From positions 43,462,001-43,526,000 of the forward strand of contig OX597837.1 of the NCBI GenBank assembly GCA_951406725.2: a DNA stretch of 64,000 nt, given 5' to 3'. The position numbers were made by a program, and so were the translations under genes. The notes under the pieces are model-generated. The model did not search any database. It saw nothing but the letters and a program-made list of their open reading frames with translations, and had not been told where the DNA came from. This DNA comes from Octopus vulgaris. Its lineage: Eukaryota. Positions 1 through 12,643 of the stretch are shown in pieces. Position 1 is the first letter of the stretch, and each line of letters starts with the position of its first letter.

Positions 1-724
1 AGTAATAAAATATGTCTTTGATATTTCGAAAAATAAACATTTCCAAAATAATGCTGATAAACGTCACTCAACCATTTTGCTTTTTATCATTATTATTATT
101 GATTTTTTGTTTTTGTTTTCATTCGTTTTAATGCGTCTCTTTAAAACAGTCAAACATTTATGTCGAATTTTAACTGTCCTTCGATGTGTTTATTTAATTT
201 AACACCATCTTCCACGAATATTTCGCACCAAACTGATTTATTCACCTACTTCTAAAAGTTGAGTAATTTTCTACATGAAATATCTTTGAAACTACAAGTT
301 TGTATTGTTAAAACAATCTTAAAAATTGTAAATATATCAATTTGCTTATGTACTGGCAAAGAATGCTGTACCAAAGTATTTACTTCTGTAATAAGTCTTT
401 TTCCTTTTTTTGTTTTGTCTGGGGTTGTTATTGTTGTTGAAGTTAGTTAAAAGTACAAGCAGCAGTCACTCGCGAGCGAGTATGGTTTGCCAACACGTGA
501 TGTCACGCTGTCGCGTGACTGCGCACGCTAGTAGATTTTGTAAGCAGATGTAAACAAGCAGGGCAACATTCCCTGCTGATTGAAATAGGGGACTGGAGCA
601 ACGTGGAATGAAGAGCTGTGATTTGTTGAAGGACACAACACACATGAGCCAAATCCCAAGACCACACGCCTTCACTACATATAGAGAAGTCACTAAGTGT
701 TGAGGGCTCTTATAGTCACAAACA

Positions 725-1174
725 GAACTCAGAACGTAGCGGTAGGCGAAATACCTATTTCTTTACTACCCACAAGGGGCTAAACACAGAGAGGACAAAC
801 AAAGACAGACAAACGGATTAAGTCGATTATATCGACCCCAGTGCGTAACTGGTACTTATTTTTATCGACCCCGAAAGGATGAAAGGCAAAGTCGACCTCG
901 GCGGAATTTGAACTCAGAACGTAGCGGCAGACGAAATACCTATTTCTTTACTACCCACAAGGGGCTAAACACGGAGAGGACAAACAAAGACAGACAAACG
1001 GATTAAGTCGATTATATCGACCCCAGTGCGTAACTGGTACTTATTTTTATCGACCCCGAAAGGATGAAAGGCAAAGTCGACCTCGGCGGAATTTGAACTC
1101 AGAACTTAATGGCAGACGAAATACCGCTAAGCATTTCGCCCGGCGTGCTGACGTTTCTGCCAGCTCGTCACCTT
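725..1174 (-). mobile_element. SINE family A (tRNA-like head) with tandemly repeated 185-bp 3' unit
   Basis: Minus strand reads AAGGTGACGAGCTGGCAGAAACGTCAGCACGCCGG (A-box-like), GAGTTCAAATTCC (B-box-like), then CCTTTCATCCTTTCGGGGTCGATAAA. The anchor gaactcagaac recurs at 725, 910 and 1095 (185-bp period). Confidence 0.9.
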
Positions 1175-1702
1175 AACTGAGTTTCTGTCTGGCGACGTGT
1201 TCGTAAGTCTTCTCCAAGTGACAGAGATAAGGAATTTAGGCCTAGTGCAAGACTTGTAATTAGCATTACCAAGATTAGATGGCATAAAGCACTAAAAAAA
1301 AAAAAATCAATAGAAGCAGTATCTGTTGAGTCGTGAAATATTATTTATCAATATACTCTAATTAGAACATAGGCGCCTGAAAATATAATCAATTAACAAG
1401 AATAATTAGAAAAAGAAAGATATTATTGAGAATGTTTAAAGTGTAAATCTCGAAGTTAAAAATTAATGAGAAACTATGAATTATCTGCAATTTGAAAATA
1501 TTTTGCTTGGAATTTCACAAAACGAAAAATTTTTAAACGTCTGAGAACATAGGCAGACTAATAAACTATTACAAATAGCTAGTATATTGATTTATATAAT
1601 AAGACGCAATTTTATCTTTATTCAATAACACCAGGCTGGTGAACTCCGAAGGGGGAAACATTTCTGTAATGTGTTCACCATGGATTTCGTTTCATTGAAC
1701 TA

Positions 1703-2090
1703 GTATAGGAGCACTCCGTCGGTTGCGACGATGAGGGTCCCAGCTGATACGATCAACTGAACAGCTTGCTCGTGATATTAACGTGTAAGTGGCTGAGCAC
1801 TCCACAGACACGTGTACCCTTAACGTAGTTCTCGAGGAGATTCAGCGTGACACTGAGTGTGACAAGGCTGGCCCCTTTGAAATACAGGTACAAGAGAAAC
1901 AGGAAGAAAGAGCGAGAGAAAGTTGTGGCGAAAGAGTACAGCAGGGACCACCACCACCCCCTGCCGGAGCCTCGTGGAGCTTTAGGTGTTTTCGCTCAAT
2001 AAACACTCACAATGCCCGGTCTGGGAATCGAAACCGCGATCCTCCGACCGCGAATCCGCTGCCCTAACCACTGGGCCATTGCACCTCCAC
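1703..2090 (-). mobile_element. SINE family B (tRNA-derived head), full length, 11-bp TSD
   Basis: Head GTGGAGGTGCAATGGCCCAGTGGTTAGGGCAGCGG...GGTTTCGATTCCC on the minus strand. TSD tcattgaacta at 1692-1702 and 2091-2101. Near-identical to 52378-52762. Confidence 0.92.
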
Positions 2091-2297
2091 TCATTGAACT
2101 ATGTGTGTTTTAAACTGGATCTCCTATCAATGGAGAGGTGTTGATGAAAGAACTTCAGTGCAGAGAGACAGAATGAAGGGAAAAGCATCAAACTTCCTCA
2201 TTCACCAAATGACAACTAATGAAGGGAAGATTAATGAAGGTGTTGTAACACTAGTTGGCAGTGCTGCAACATGGCCACTGCCCTCTAGCTGCTCTCT

Positions 2298-2361
<64 letters not shown>

Positions 2362-2452
2362 CACACACATATATATATATACATACACATATACATATAC
2401 ATATTAAGTATTTATGGACTATTGATTTACTGTTGGGGGACTTTTGGCCAAC

Positions 2453-2496
<44 letters not shown>

Positions 2497-2771
2497 CACA
2501 CACACATATACATACACATATACATATACATATATTATATATATATATATTTATACAGAGTTGGCCAAAATTCCCCCGACAGTAATAATTAATATTAAAT
2601 TTTATTTATTCATTTGGAAGAATGGTATCGCTCAAGAAGGACTTCCGTTTCAACAATTTTCCTGATGTTTCATATTTGGATGCTTTTATTAAATTCATTC
2701 ATTTGTTAAATATGAATAAATCTTGGAATCAAATGGTTTTGATTTACTGTCAAGTAACTTTTGGCCAACCC

Positions 2772-2802
<31 letters not shown>

Positions 2803-2892
2803 GGCGGTGCCCCAGCATGGCCACAGCTCATTAGCTGAAATTGGAAAAATCAAAAATCAAAATCAATCATATATATATATGTGTGTGTGTGT

Positions 2893-2939
<47 letters not shown>

Positions 2940-2941
<2 letters not shown>

Positions 2942-3070
2942 TGTCTTTGTCTCCCACCATCACTTGGCAACCAGTTTCGGTGTGTTTAGGTCCCCGTAAC
3001 GTAGCGGTTCGGCAAAAGTGCCCGATAGAATAAGTGCCGGGCTTAAAAGTATAAGTACTGTGGTCGAATT
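2940..3070 (+). mobile_element. SINE family C internal fragment
   Basis: ggtgtgtttaggtccccgtaacgtagcggttcggcaaaag...gatagaataagt matches the reverse complement of the body of the 46696-47107 copy. Confidence 0.75.
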
Positions 3071-4072
3071 AAATAATCGTCGTCGTCGTCGTCGTCGTCG
3101 TAGAGTAGTAGTGGTAGTGGTGGTGGTAGCATTCGTTATGGCCGTCTTAGTCATCGGAGTAACAATCATCTTCCTCACCGTCCCCATCTAGCTCTTCGCC
3201 ATTCCTTTCTTCCTCTTACGCCGTAGAAGCCGTCCTCTTCGCCGGTCTCGCCGTGGTGGTGGTCGTCGTCGTAGTAATTACATTAGCTCTTCACAAAACA
3301 AGACAAAACACACACACAAAAAAAATAATATAAAATTAGCCAAAATAAAACAAAAACAAACCCCATGAAGCAAAACAGCTGATATAAACTTCCACAAACT
3401 TTTACGTAATAGGAATCTTTCATTTTTACAAGAAAATCTGTTGATCTTAAAACAGAGAAAGAAACGTAGAACGAAATATACGCAAGAGAGGAGAATTGCA
3501 GAGAAGTAACATTTTGACTAAACAATGGCACCATGCTGGGTCTTATTGACAAAAAGAAGATGAAAGCCACTCAGATATTATTATACATATCTATGATACA
3601 AACAAAAAAGAACAAAAGTGTCCATTGACGGATATATTAATCCCAGCGGGAGATAACATATTTCGAAAAAGTAACGGAGAAATTCGCTGCTCATACGTTG
3701 CACATCTAACTAGATATAATAACGACTCTGTGATAATTGAAATTGTACCAACGATATTGTAATATTGTAATAGGTGTCTTAGGAATGGTGAGAGCAAGTA
3801 CAAACAAGTGTACGACCAGAAAACGCCAGAATTTACCTGTGTTTTTTACTTTATTTTTTATTTTTGTTGTTGTTGTTGTTGTTACCTTTTGCTGGTTTCA
3901 GTTATTGGATTGCGGCGCGATGTTGAGGCGGGGGGGGGCGCCTTGATGAGATCTGGAAAACAAAATCGGCACCAATACTTAATTACTTTAATTATTTATT
4001 ACCATACAAAATATAAAATGGCTGGCCGTTAGTAAGGAGAGACACACAAATAAGAAAGAAGAACGCAAAGGA

Positions 4073-4112
4073 CCACTGATGAGGTCACAGAAGTGTGACG
4101 AAAGAACTCTGG
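4073..4112 (+). ncRNA. Minimal type-I hammerhead ribozyme-like motif
   Basis: CCA-CTGATGA-G-GTCACA(GAAG)TGTGAC-GAAA-GAAC-TC-TGG. Both conserved core boxes are present, with a 6-bp stem II, a 3-bp stem I, a minimal stem III and a CUC cleavage triplet. Confidence 0.65.
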
Positions 4113-4277
4113 ACGAAATAAGATTAAGATTAATGTAAAAAGTAAAAAATAAATAACGCTGAAGCAAATTAACACCAAATATACAGTGCGTGTGCTTTTA
4201 TTGGCTAAACTGGCAAAATGACCATTCCTAAATACAACAATATCATCTTCATTATTATTTAGTTATCATCATCATCA

Positions 4278-4770
4278 GTGGAAGCGCAATGTCCCAGTCG
4301 TTATGGCAGCTGACTCGCGGTCGTAGGATCGCGGTTTCGATTCCCAGACCGGGCATTGTGAGTGTTTATTGAACGAAAACACTTAAAGCTCCACGAGGTT
4401 CTGGCAGCGGGTGGTGGTGAACCCTGCTGTACTCTTTCACAACAACTTTCTCTCACTCTTTCTTCTTGTTTTTGTTGTACCTGTATTTCAAAGGGACCAG
4501 CCTTGTCACACTCTGTGCCACGCTGAATCTCCCCGAGAACTACGTTAAAGGTACACGTGTCTGTGGAGTGCTCAGCCACTTGCGCCTTAATAAATGAGCT
4601 GCGACGTCACTGGTGCCTTTCCCTTGGATAACATCGGTGGCGTGGAGTGATGAGGCGAGTAAGCATGGGCGACTGCTGGTCTTCCATAAACAGCCTTGCC
4701 CAGACTTTTGCCTCGGAGGGTAACTTTCTAAGTGCAATCCCATGGTCAGACATGACCGAAGGGGGTCACA
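4278..4770 (+). mobile_element. SINE family B head and body with an alternative 3' tail
   Basis: Matches family B up to ctcagccacttgc (~4583), then carries an unrelated ~185-bp tail. Flanked by similar atcatc(a/g)tcatca sequences (possible TSD). Confidence 0.85.
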
Positions 4771-5199
4771 ACATCATCGTCATCAATATCACCAAACTTT
4801 GAAAGAAACATGAGTACTAGTGTTAATTTGTTCAAGGTAACCCTCTCGATGCGGTGCCCCAGCATGGCCGCAGTCCAATGACTGAAACAAATAAAACAAA
4901 GAATAATATCTAAATCAATTTACTTCATCTATATGTCTGAATTTAATATGATATTTAATTTTAGATATACACACAACTTGCTATCCATTGTAGTTCCTGT
5001 TATACTCATTCTAAGACCACAATACTGTCTAGTAAACCATCCGTTCCAATGTTTAAGTTAAAGAGACCGAATGGCGGATTCGAGATCAACTTAGCAAGAT
5101 CGACAGGCCTAGACTGTATAAAGGTGATAGACTGAGTCGCGCTCTTCCTAATGAGAAAAGGGAGAATGAACGTTAGCAATACCTGTAACCGTGGACCTC

Positions 5200-5296
5200 A
5201 AAAAATATGGAACGCTTCACGAATTTGCGTGTAATCCTTGCGCAGGGGCCATGCTAATCTCCTCTGTATCGTTCCAATTTTAGAATATGTGCCGCC
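5200..5296 (-). pseudogene. U6: U6 snRNA pseudogene, 5'-truncated
   Basis: Reverse complement reads GGCGGCACATATTCTAAAATTGGAACGATACAGAGGAGATTAGCATGGCCCCTGCGCAAGGATTACACGCAAATTCGTGAAGCGTTCCATATTTTTT. This is canonical U6 minus the first ~11 nt, with about 4 substitutions including ACAGAGA>ACAGAGG. Confidence 0.95.
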
Positions 5297-5504
5297 TCCA
5301 TGAAGTATATCCATATCTAACGTCTTTAATGTGCTAACCCTGAAACCTACAGATATATGGTCCGTAAAACTGACGATGTGAAAACCGTGGACACACTGCA
5401 ATATCTTTATCCGTTGGCGATTATGAACCTAACTAAATATCATAAGACCTTGACGCGACTACGTTTGGTTTCATATAATCATGTCGACTATATAGTCGTT
5501 ATAA

Positions 5505-5965
5505 TAGTTACTCTCTGTTCAAATTCCGCCAAGGTCGACTTTGCTTTTCGTCCGTTCGAGGTCGATAAAATAAATATCAGTTGAGTATTGGGGAAGATGT
5601 AACCAGCTTCACTTCTGAAACAAAAAAATTGTAAGCCTTCTACCAAAATCACAAAGAATTGCTATAATTGTTGCTAAAGCAGTGAGCTGGTAGAATAGTT
5701 TGAATGTTGTACAGAGAGATGTTTAGGTTCTGAGCTGAAATTCAGCCAAGATCCACTTATGCTTTTTATCCATTTGGGGAGTGGAAAGTCAGTTATATCG
5801 ACTCCAGTATTTCACAGCCACTGTATTTTATCGACCCCGAAGGATGAAAGGCGAAGCTGACCTCAGCAGGATTTGAACCCAGACTATTAGGACCAGGAAC
5901 AAATAATACTAAAAAGCGTTTTTTTTTTTGTCAGATTCTTTACCGATTCTGCCAGCGCGACACTC
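5505..5965. mobile_element. Cluster of degenerate family A SINE fragments in both orientations
   Basis: ttcaaattccgccaaggtcgactttgc at ~5518 (+), gagctggtagaatagtt at ~5684 (+), atcgaccccgaaggatgaaaggc at ~5830 (-). Confidence 0.75.
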
Positions 5966-6289
5966 TAAAGTAAAAGTAAAGATAACGAAACAATGCTTAC
6001 TCTCCAAAAGTTTATTAGAAATTAAACATACTTTTCTGTGGCATACATAAAAAAGGTGAGAATATAATAGTTTTATTTCCTTGAGGAACAATTAACTAAA
6101 GTCATTAGAATAACATTTTTTATCTTTTAATATATTTTTTAATGATTCTGCCTGTAGCAGCGAAGTTCTTTGTCAAGTCTTATCAAATTTGTCTGCTTGT
6201 TCGTTAGATTTTACTGACGTTATCCAATATTAATTATTTGAAATTCTCAAATTCAAAAAAAAAAAAAAAAGAAACAACATTGTATCAAA

Positions 6290-6750
6290 TTCTTTTGCAG
6301 ACATTTCCTTCATTTGCTGGTCCCTTCATCGATTTCTTGATTCTCAACTTCACCATTCTCTCTGTGTCGATCCAAATTACGAATTTCGTGACCAGTTAAT
6401 TCTTCACACTTTGGTTCAAGTAAATCGCAGACAACTCTGTTGTTTGTTTAATGGAAATCAACTTCTGTTCCAATATCAGTTATTACTTCAAAAGAATTCT
6501 TCTGGTTGGAGAAGATCATCTAAAACCTTTACGCAATGAAGCACAAAATGTTTTCAAACGGTATCAGGGTTGCTCGATACTATATCTTCCCATGTTTCAA
6601 AATTATTTTTAGTATTATCTTTTATATTAATTTTTTTCCAAATTCTATCAGTTCGAATTTTCCTGTCAGCATCTTTAGTTGCCGTATCAATTGAGTCGTG
6701 ATTTTTCAGCTGCATTAAAACCACTGACTACATGGTCTCCAACACCATCT
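6290..6750 (-). mobile_element. Probable decayed pogo/Tigger-type transposase C-terminal fragment
   Basis: Minus-strand hand translation gives IWKKINIKDNTKNNFETWEDIV...V*KHF and VVCDLLEPKCEELTGHEIRNLD. This resembles the Tigger pattern FWKxxNIKDAIxNIxxAWxEV...VxELLxSHxEELTxEDL. Stops and frameshifts are present. Confidence 0.45.
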
Positions 6751-7059
6751 GTATATATAAAAGGCAGGATGTGTATGTGTGTGTGTACGTGAATGTAATT
6801 TGTGCACGTCCACAAATTAGCATGCATGTCGCTCCAATTTTAGGACGACATTCGTCATGGCCCTAGCTGTATTTTCGTCAACTTATTTTCCCCAGAGGCT
6901 CCAGCAAATAGCAGTAAAAATAAATTTTTTACCAAGACTTTTAACAATTTTCAAGTGGGAGAAATCACCATTGTTTGCATACTCTAGCGACGAGTATGTT
7001 TTTGTTAAGTCTTTTGTTGTTTTTTTTCCATCGAGGAAAAAAGTGTTCTGTTGATATAC

Positions 7060-7810
7060 GGGAAACACATTGGGTAACCAGAAGATAACGGATACAAGTA
7101 TTCGAGGATTTTAGAACTGGATGATATTTTAGATGCAGAAATGAAAGAAAAGGTGAGAGAGACATTTTTAAAAAGAGTAAAAATGGTTTTAAAATCCGAA
7201 TGCGAGGAATCTAGTCGCTGCAATGAATATCTGGGCAGTTTTAGGGTTTCGATTGAGTATATCAATTCTCTGGTGGACTGAAGATGAAATATCAAAGTTG
7301 GATTGAAAGACAACTTTAGTGACACTTTATGACACTTATGAGAGCTCAAAATCTCTCGTGGAAGCGTCATCCAACCAAAATGCAAATATATGGGAAACTA
7401 CCACCTGTGTCATCTCTTGTGAAAGGTAGGAGAGTCCAGTTTGCTGGACATTGTTGTAGAGCTGAAAACGAGGCAATTTCTACTCTTCTCCTCTGGAAGC
7501 CATCTACTCGCGATACCAGAGGGCGCACACTCTCGTACCATGATGTAATCTCCGGGAATACAGGCAACCAACAACAGGACCTCCGTAATGCCATGATGGA
7601 CCGTGAAGTCTGGCGTAGCATGGTAAACTCCATTATCTCGACCACAGTCGAACGATGATGATGATGACACTGTATGGAGCTTTACGCACTAAAATAAATA
7701 TAAAATAGGTTGCTGATGAAGAGAAGCTATGAGGACAGAGGTCTTTTCATCGTTGATTATTGAATAAGAAGCGCAAGGAGAACATTTGCAGAATATTTGG
7801 TAAACAGTGA
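7060..7810 (+). mobile_element. Decayed R4/Dong-type (RLE) LINE reverse-transcriptase fragment interrupted by an RTE fragment
   Basis: Translates as GYKYSRILELDDILDAEMKEKVRETFLKRVKMVLKSE/ARNLVAAMNIWAV before the insert and YGALRTK.../RLLMKRSYEDRGL after it. This matches the pattern YKYLGILE...N.WAV...GALHP...RLY..R..GGRGL. Confidence 0.75.
7327..7664 (+). mobile_element. 5'-truncated RTE-type LINE 3' end with (TGA)n tail and 7-bp TSD
   Basis: ORF 7329-7658 contains RRVQFAGHCCR...LLLWKP...GRTLSY.D...AMMDREVWR, followed by a tgatgatgatga tail. TSD tgacact at 7320-7326 and 7665-7671. Confidence 0.85.
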
Positions 7811-8486
7811 CGAAAATCTGTCACTGTCAAACTCTCACCTTTGACCAGTTTGAAATATTTTCAAGAGAAAGTTTACGATTCTGGTTGTGAATAAAGAAGA
7901 CTGTCAGAACAAATTCAGCAAATTTTGGCAAAATATGTACCCTTTTACCAAGTTATAGTAAAAAGTTAGAGAAATATTTAAAATGTTTACAGTTGGATAG
8001 ATAGACAAATATGACAAAATAATTTGACAAAAAATGTGAATTTTTAATTATTTTCTGAGATTTTACAAAAACAAAAAAATATTATCAAAAAAACAAAAAT
8101 ATTTAGAAAAATTTCTTATGCAGCAGAAGATGTGGGTAGAAATGCAGATGAAATGTTTGGTTAGGAAGAGTTCCATCAAAGAGTTCTCATAGATATGATT
8201 TAGGCATGGGGATTTGAAGCGTACAAGTGAAAGCTTTATAATTGTGGTGCATATACCAAACCCTTGCTACTAATTCGATGTAACATAGAATCTGAAAAAC
8301 TTCTGACAATAAATGCTGACTCTGTGAAACGAATGCGGAAAATGAGACCCACTTGGTAATTGGATGTGAGTGCTTACAAAAAAAGGAAACAAGCGTGGCC
8401 ATGATCAGAGTGTAATGACGGATGAAATGCTGATAATCATTTTGTCCGGCATGCCAACGATTCCGTCAACGCATCGCCTTGTAGTT

Positions 8487-8489
<3 letters not shown>

Positions 8490-8541
<52 letters not shown>

Positions 8542-8567
8542 TAATAATAATGATAATAATAATGATG

Positions 8568-8644
<77 letters not shown>

Positions 8645-8865
8645 CCTTTCTACCGGAGGCACAAGGCCTCAGATTTACGCGGAGGAGACTAGTCGATTGC
8701 ATTGACCCGAGTGTTTCACTGGTACTAAATTTTATCGCTCCCGAAAGGATGAAAGGCAAAGTCGACCTCTACGGAATTTGAACTAAGAACGTAAAGACGG
8801 ACAAAATGTTGCTAAGCATTTCGTCCGGCGTGCTAACGATTGTGCGAGCTCGCTGTCTTGTAGTT

Positions 8866-8914
<49 letters not shown>

Positions 8915-9012
8915 TAATAATAATAATAATAATAATGATGATGATGATGATGATGATGATAATAATAATAATTATAATAATAATAATAATAAATGATAAT
9001 AATGATAATAAT
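8490..9012. mobile_element. Family A SINE (minus strand, 8643-8860) between (AAT)n tracts, with duplicated flank
   Basis: cttgtagttatagt(aat)n occurs at ~8478 and ~8858, each preceded by a SINE head remnant. Confidence 0.8.
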
Positions 9013-9649
9013 GCAAAAGTTATTTAAACATTGGATGCATCACTCAGCTCCATTTATCAAAAATATCGATAATAGTTTACAGGTAATTGACAGGTTTGAC
9101 AATTTCTGAGTTCCATTAAGATAATGAAAGCGATTTGATATTTTTAGAAACCAATTTTTGCAAGACATAAACACGAGTAACGATTCAGTTTTTAAAAAAA
9201 AGCCCCCCACACACTCTCACACACAACAATTTAAAATACACAAACAGAGAAAAAAATACATATAAAAATATGTAAAGAAGAATTATGGCTGCCTAATTTT
9301 TGCGTAGTGTGTTTCTGGTTTTGCCGTTGTTTTTGTTTTCTGTTTCAATTTATCTTTGGTTAAAATTACAAGCTAAATAAAAAATCGATTTTGTTTGCGA
9401 AAAATTTAGAGAGGGTGGAGGAAGAGGGAATGGTAAAAAGAGAGGGGTAGATTGGGAGAGATTGAGAGGGAGAGAGGGTGAGAGAGAGAGAGAGAAAGAG
9501 AAAGAAACAGAAAGAAAGTAAAATATTGAGCATGAAGATGATAACAGCTAGAATTACTTTCAAAAAAAAGAAAAAAATACAAAAGTACAAAAAGTCACCG
9601 ATTTGTCTTGGAAATTTTACGAAGCCAATGAGAATAGGAAGAATACGAT

Positions 9650-10105
9650 GAACAATAACAACAACGACAACAATAGCAGTACAATTTATAACAACAACAT
9701 TAACAAGAATAAGAAGAACAATAACAAAACCAGTGTATAATACTAATACTAATAATAGTAATAGAAATAATAATAAAAATAATAAAAATGGAAATAGTTG
9801 TAATAGTATTTGTAGTAGTAGTCGTAGTAGTAGTAGTAGTAGTAGTAGTAGCAGCAGCAGCAGCAGTAGTAGTAGTAGTCGTAAGGATAATAGTAATAAT
9901 GATAATACTAATAATACTAATGATGCTAATGATGGTGGTGGTGTTGGTGATCATCATGATCGTTATAGTAGTACTGCTGATGGTACTTGTGTTGTTGATG
10001 ATGATGCTGATGATGAGGAGGAGGACGACGACGACGATGATACTGTTACTAGAGATCTCTGGGTGAGACTTCGAACAGCGTGTCTAAAAACAAAGCAACA
10101 ACATG

Positions 10106-10141
<36 letters not shown>

Positions 10142-10215
10142 AAATAATAATAATGACGATAATGATGATGATGGTGATGATGAAGATGATGATGATGATG
10201 ATGATAGGATCAGGA
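9650..10215. repeat. Compound trinucleotide repeats (AAC/AAT/AGT/AGC/GAT)
   Basis: Directly visible simple repeats. Confidence 0.9.
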
Positions 10216-11177
10216 TAATAATAGCCACAATAGCAACAGAGAAATTATCGTGATTGTTATAAAGATGATGAAAAATAAGATAATGATACATTACAAACGA
10301 TCAAAGTGTTAGATTGTTATAGAAGTGTATATTGGGTTGTGTGAATGAGCACGTATTGACGATGAGGAATAAATAAGTAGATAGAGAAATAAAAATAAAA
10401 ATATATAAAGTAATAATAGGAATCACACATAATCCAAAATAGAAAATGATTATGATTTCTAACATTGGAACAAGGACACAAACTTTAAGTTGAAACATGT
10501 TACAGGTAATCATATTTTTCTTTTATCCTTTCGACACTGACAAGATAAAAGACAGGCACAGCTGTCTTTGAACAAAGACAGTAACTAAATAATGAAAGAT
10601 ATAAAGCATAAAGTTCTAATAGACAAAAAATTTAAATAAATGATTATGATTATAGCATAGGAATGATAACAGTATAATATAAATGATAATGACTCAGGAT
10701 ATATGATAATAGAACAGGAAAAATATAATTATATAGAATAAATAAGTTTATTAATAGTAGGAATGATAGTATTAGTATAGAAAAACGATATTAGTATGGG
10801 AAATAATAATGGCGTAGAAAAATGTTAATAACTTAAGTATATGAGAATTGTACCGGAAAATGAAGATAGTAAACAAATATGATAATAGTAATAAATGTAA
10901 CAAGATTCGAAACTGAACTGACGAATTGCTAAGTTAAAATGACAGTTTAGTAATATCGTTTTGCATGTGATTCACCGAGTTATGAACCAATCAGGATTTA
11001 GACTTCACGTGGCGTATTTTTCTAGAAGCCTGTAGAACGTCCCTATACAAAGCTTGTAGATAGGCATGCCATTAGCACCGTCCATTGGACGGGGGGCCTT
11101 TTATTCGTCAGTTATAAAGGACAAACAAGCTTACGGTATGTCTATGAAACTAACACTAAGCTGAATACACATATTCT

Positions 11178-11229
11178 GGAGATTAATGGAGATTAATGGA
11201 GATTAATTGAGATTAATGGAGATTAATGT
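11178..11229. repeat. 10-bp tandem repeat (ggagattaat) x5
   Basis: ggagattaat ggagattaat ggagattaat tgagattaat ggagattaat. Confidence 0.9.
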
Positions 11230-11463
11230 AGTCGACCGATGAGTTATAAAGAGCATTTCGCTATAGTAGACCAAGTTTAAGTATGTGTACACATTTGTAT
11301 CCATGACAACCAATATTATTGTTGGCGAGACCAGCTTATGTAAGAATATACAAATTTATGTAGAGCAAAAGCCTGCACGCCGGGGTTGCTGCTGCAATCC
11401 GTCTTCCAATGCAGGATTTGATGTCTCATCAAGCGGTGAAGGTATTTCGGCCCCTTCTACAAC

Positions 11464-11692
11464 AATACCTATTTCTTTACTACTCACAAGGGGCTAAACA
11501 CAGAGAGGACAAACAAGGACAGACAAACGGATTAAGTCGATTATATCGACCCCAGTGCGTAACTGGTACTTATTTAATCGACCCCTAAAGGAGGAAAGGC
11601 AAAGTCGACATTGGCGGAATTTGAACTCAGAACGTAGCGGCAGACGAAATACCGCTAAGCATTTCGCCCGTCGCGCTAACGTTTCTGTCCAG
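11464..11692 (-). mobile_element. SINE family A, monomeric copy
   Basis: Close match to 935-1163. Ends at GAAATAGGTATT. Confidence 0.9.
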
Positions 11693-12226
11693 AGCTGACA
11701 GGGGCCAATCACCGATGTAGATGACAAAGCCAAAACACAAAAGCATAATCCCACCCATGGGTTTCAACAGACATACATTTAGTCGATCGATCATTTATAA
11801 AGAACAAGCAAGAATAACCACGTGATAGATACATAATGATATCACACACACATATATATATACACACACAGTCATACACACGCGCACTCACACATAGGTA
11901 CACGTATATACACATATACATAGATCGCTCCGCTTCACGAACGCACACATATGCATAGTCGTTATAACCACGCGAGTGATACAATACGTATTCACAATCT
12001 CGTTATTAAGTTTAAAAGTCAGCTTTCAGTCTCCATGCAAAATTGGAACCTATGGCCAGCAGCATGAAATGGAAACTGTACCGATTAGTCATGTCTTTCA
12101 ACAGGGACTGCTTCCTGCTGTCTTTCAAGACGCCAGCGTAAAAGAAGCTCAGAGCTACAAATTTTAAGAGACACTAGTAACTAAATGATTCTGACAACTG
12201 CGACTCATATGTATATACATACATAC

Positions 12227-12289
<63 letters not shown>

Positions 12290-12551
12290 TAGATAGATAG
12301 ATGTACATTGTGTGTGTTTAGTCCGTCTGTCGAACTAAATACACACACAGTCTGTCGAATGTGATCTTAGTAATTCAATGAACCACACAACTAAAGTTCT
12401 CTGAATGTGTATAGAAAAAAAAAAGAGACGAAGATAATCAATAAAAATGCCAGGATTATATGTGAAATTTTCTAAAGATACATATTTCTGACTATAACTA
12501 ATGATCATTTATCAATTCTGTAATATAATCATTTCGAACGTAGAAGGGAAA

Positions 12552-12643
12552 AGAAGAAGAAGAAGAAGAAGAAGAAGAAGAAGAAGAAGAAGAAGAAGAA
12601 GAAGAAGAAGAAGAAGAAGAAGAAGAAGAAGAAGAAGAAGAAG
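12552..12643. repeat. Pure (GAA)n tract, ~30 units
   Basis: Directly visible. Confidence 0.95.

Noticed and set aside
1789-2067. Recurrent ORF MAEHSTDTCTLNVV... (also 4301-4579, and antisense at 52512 and 52968)
   Set aside because: Incidental reading frames within SINE family B.
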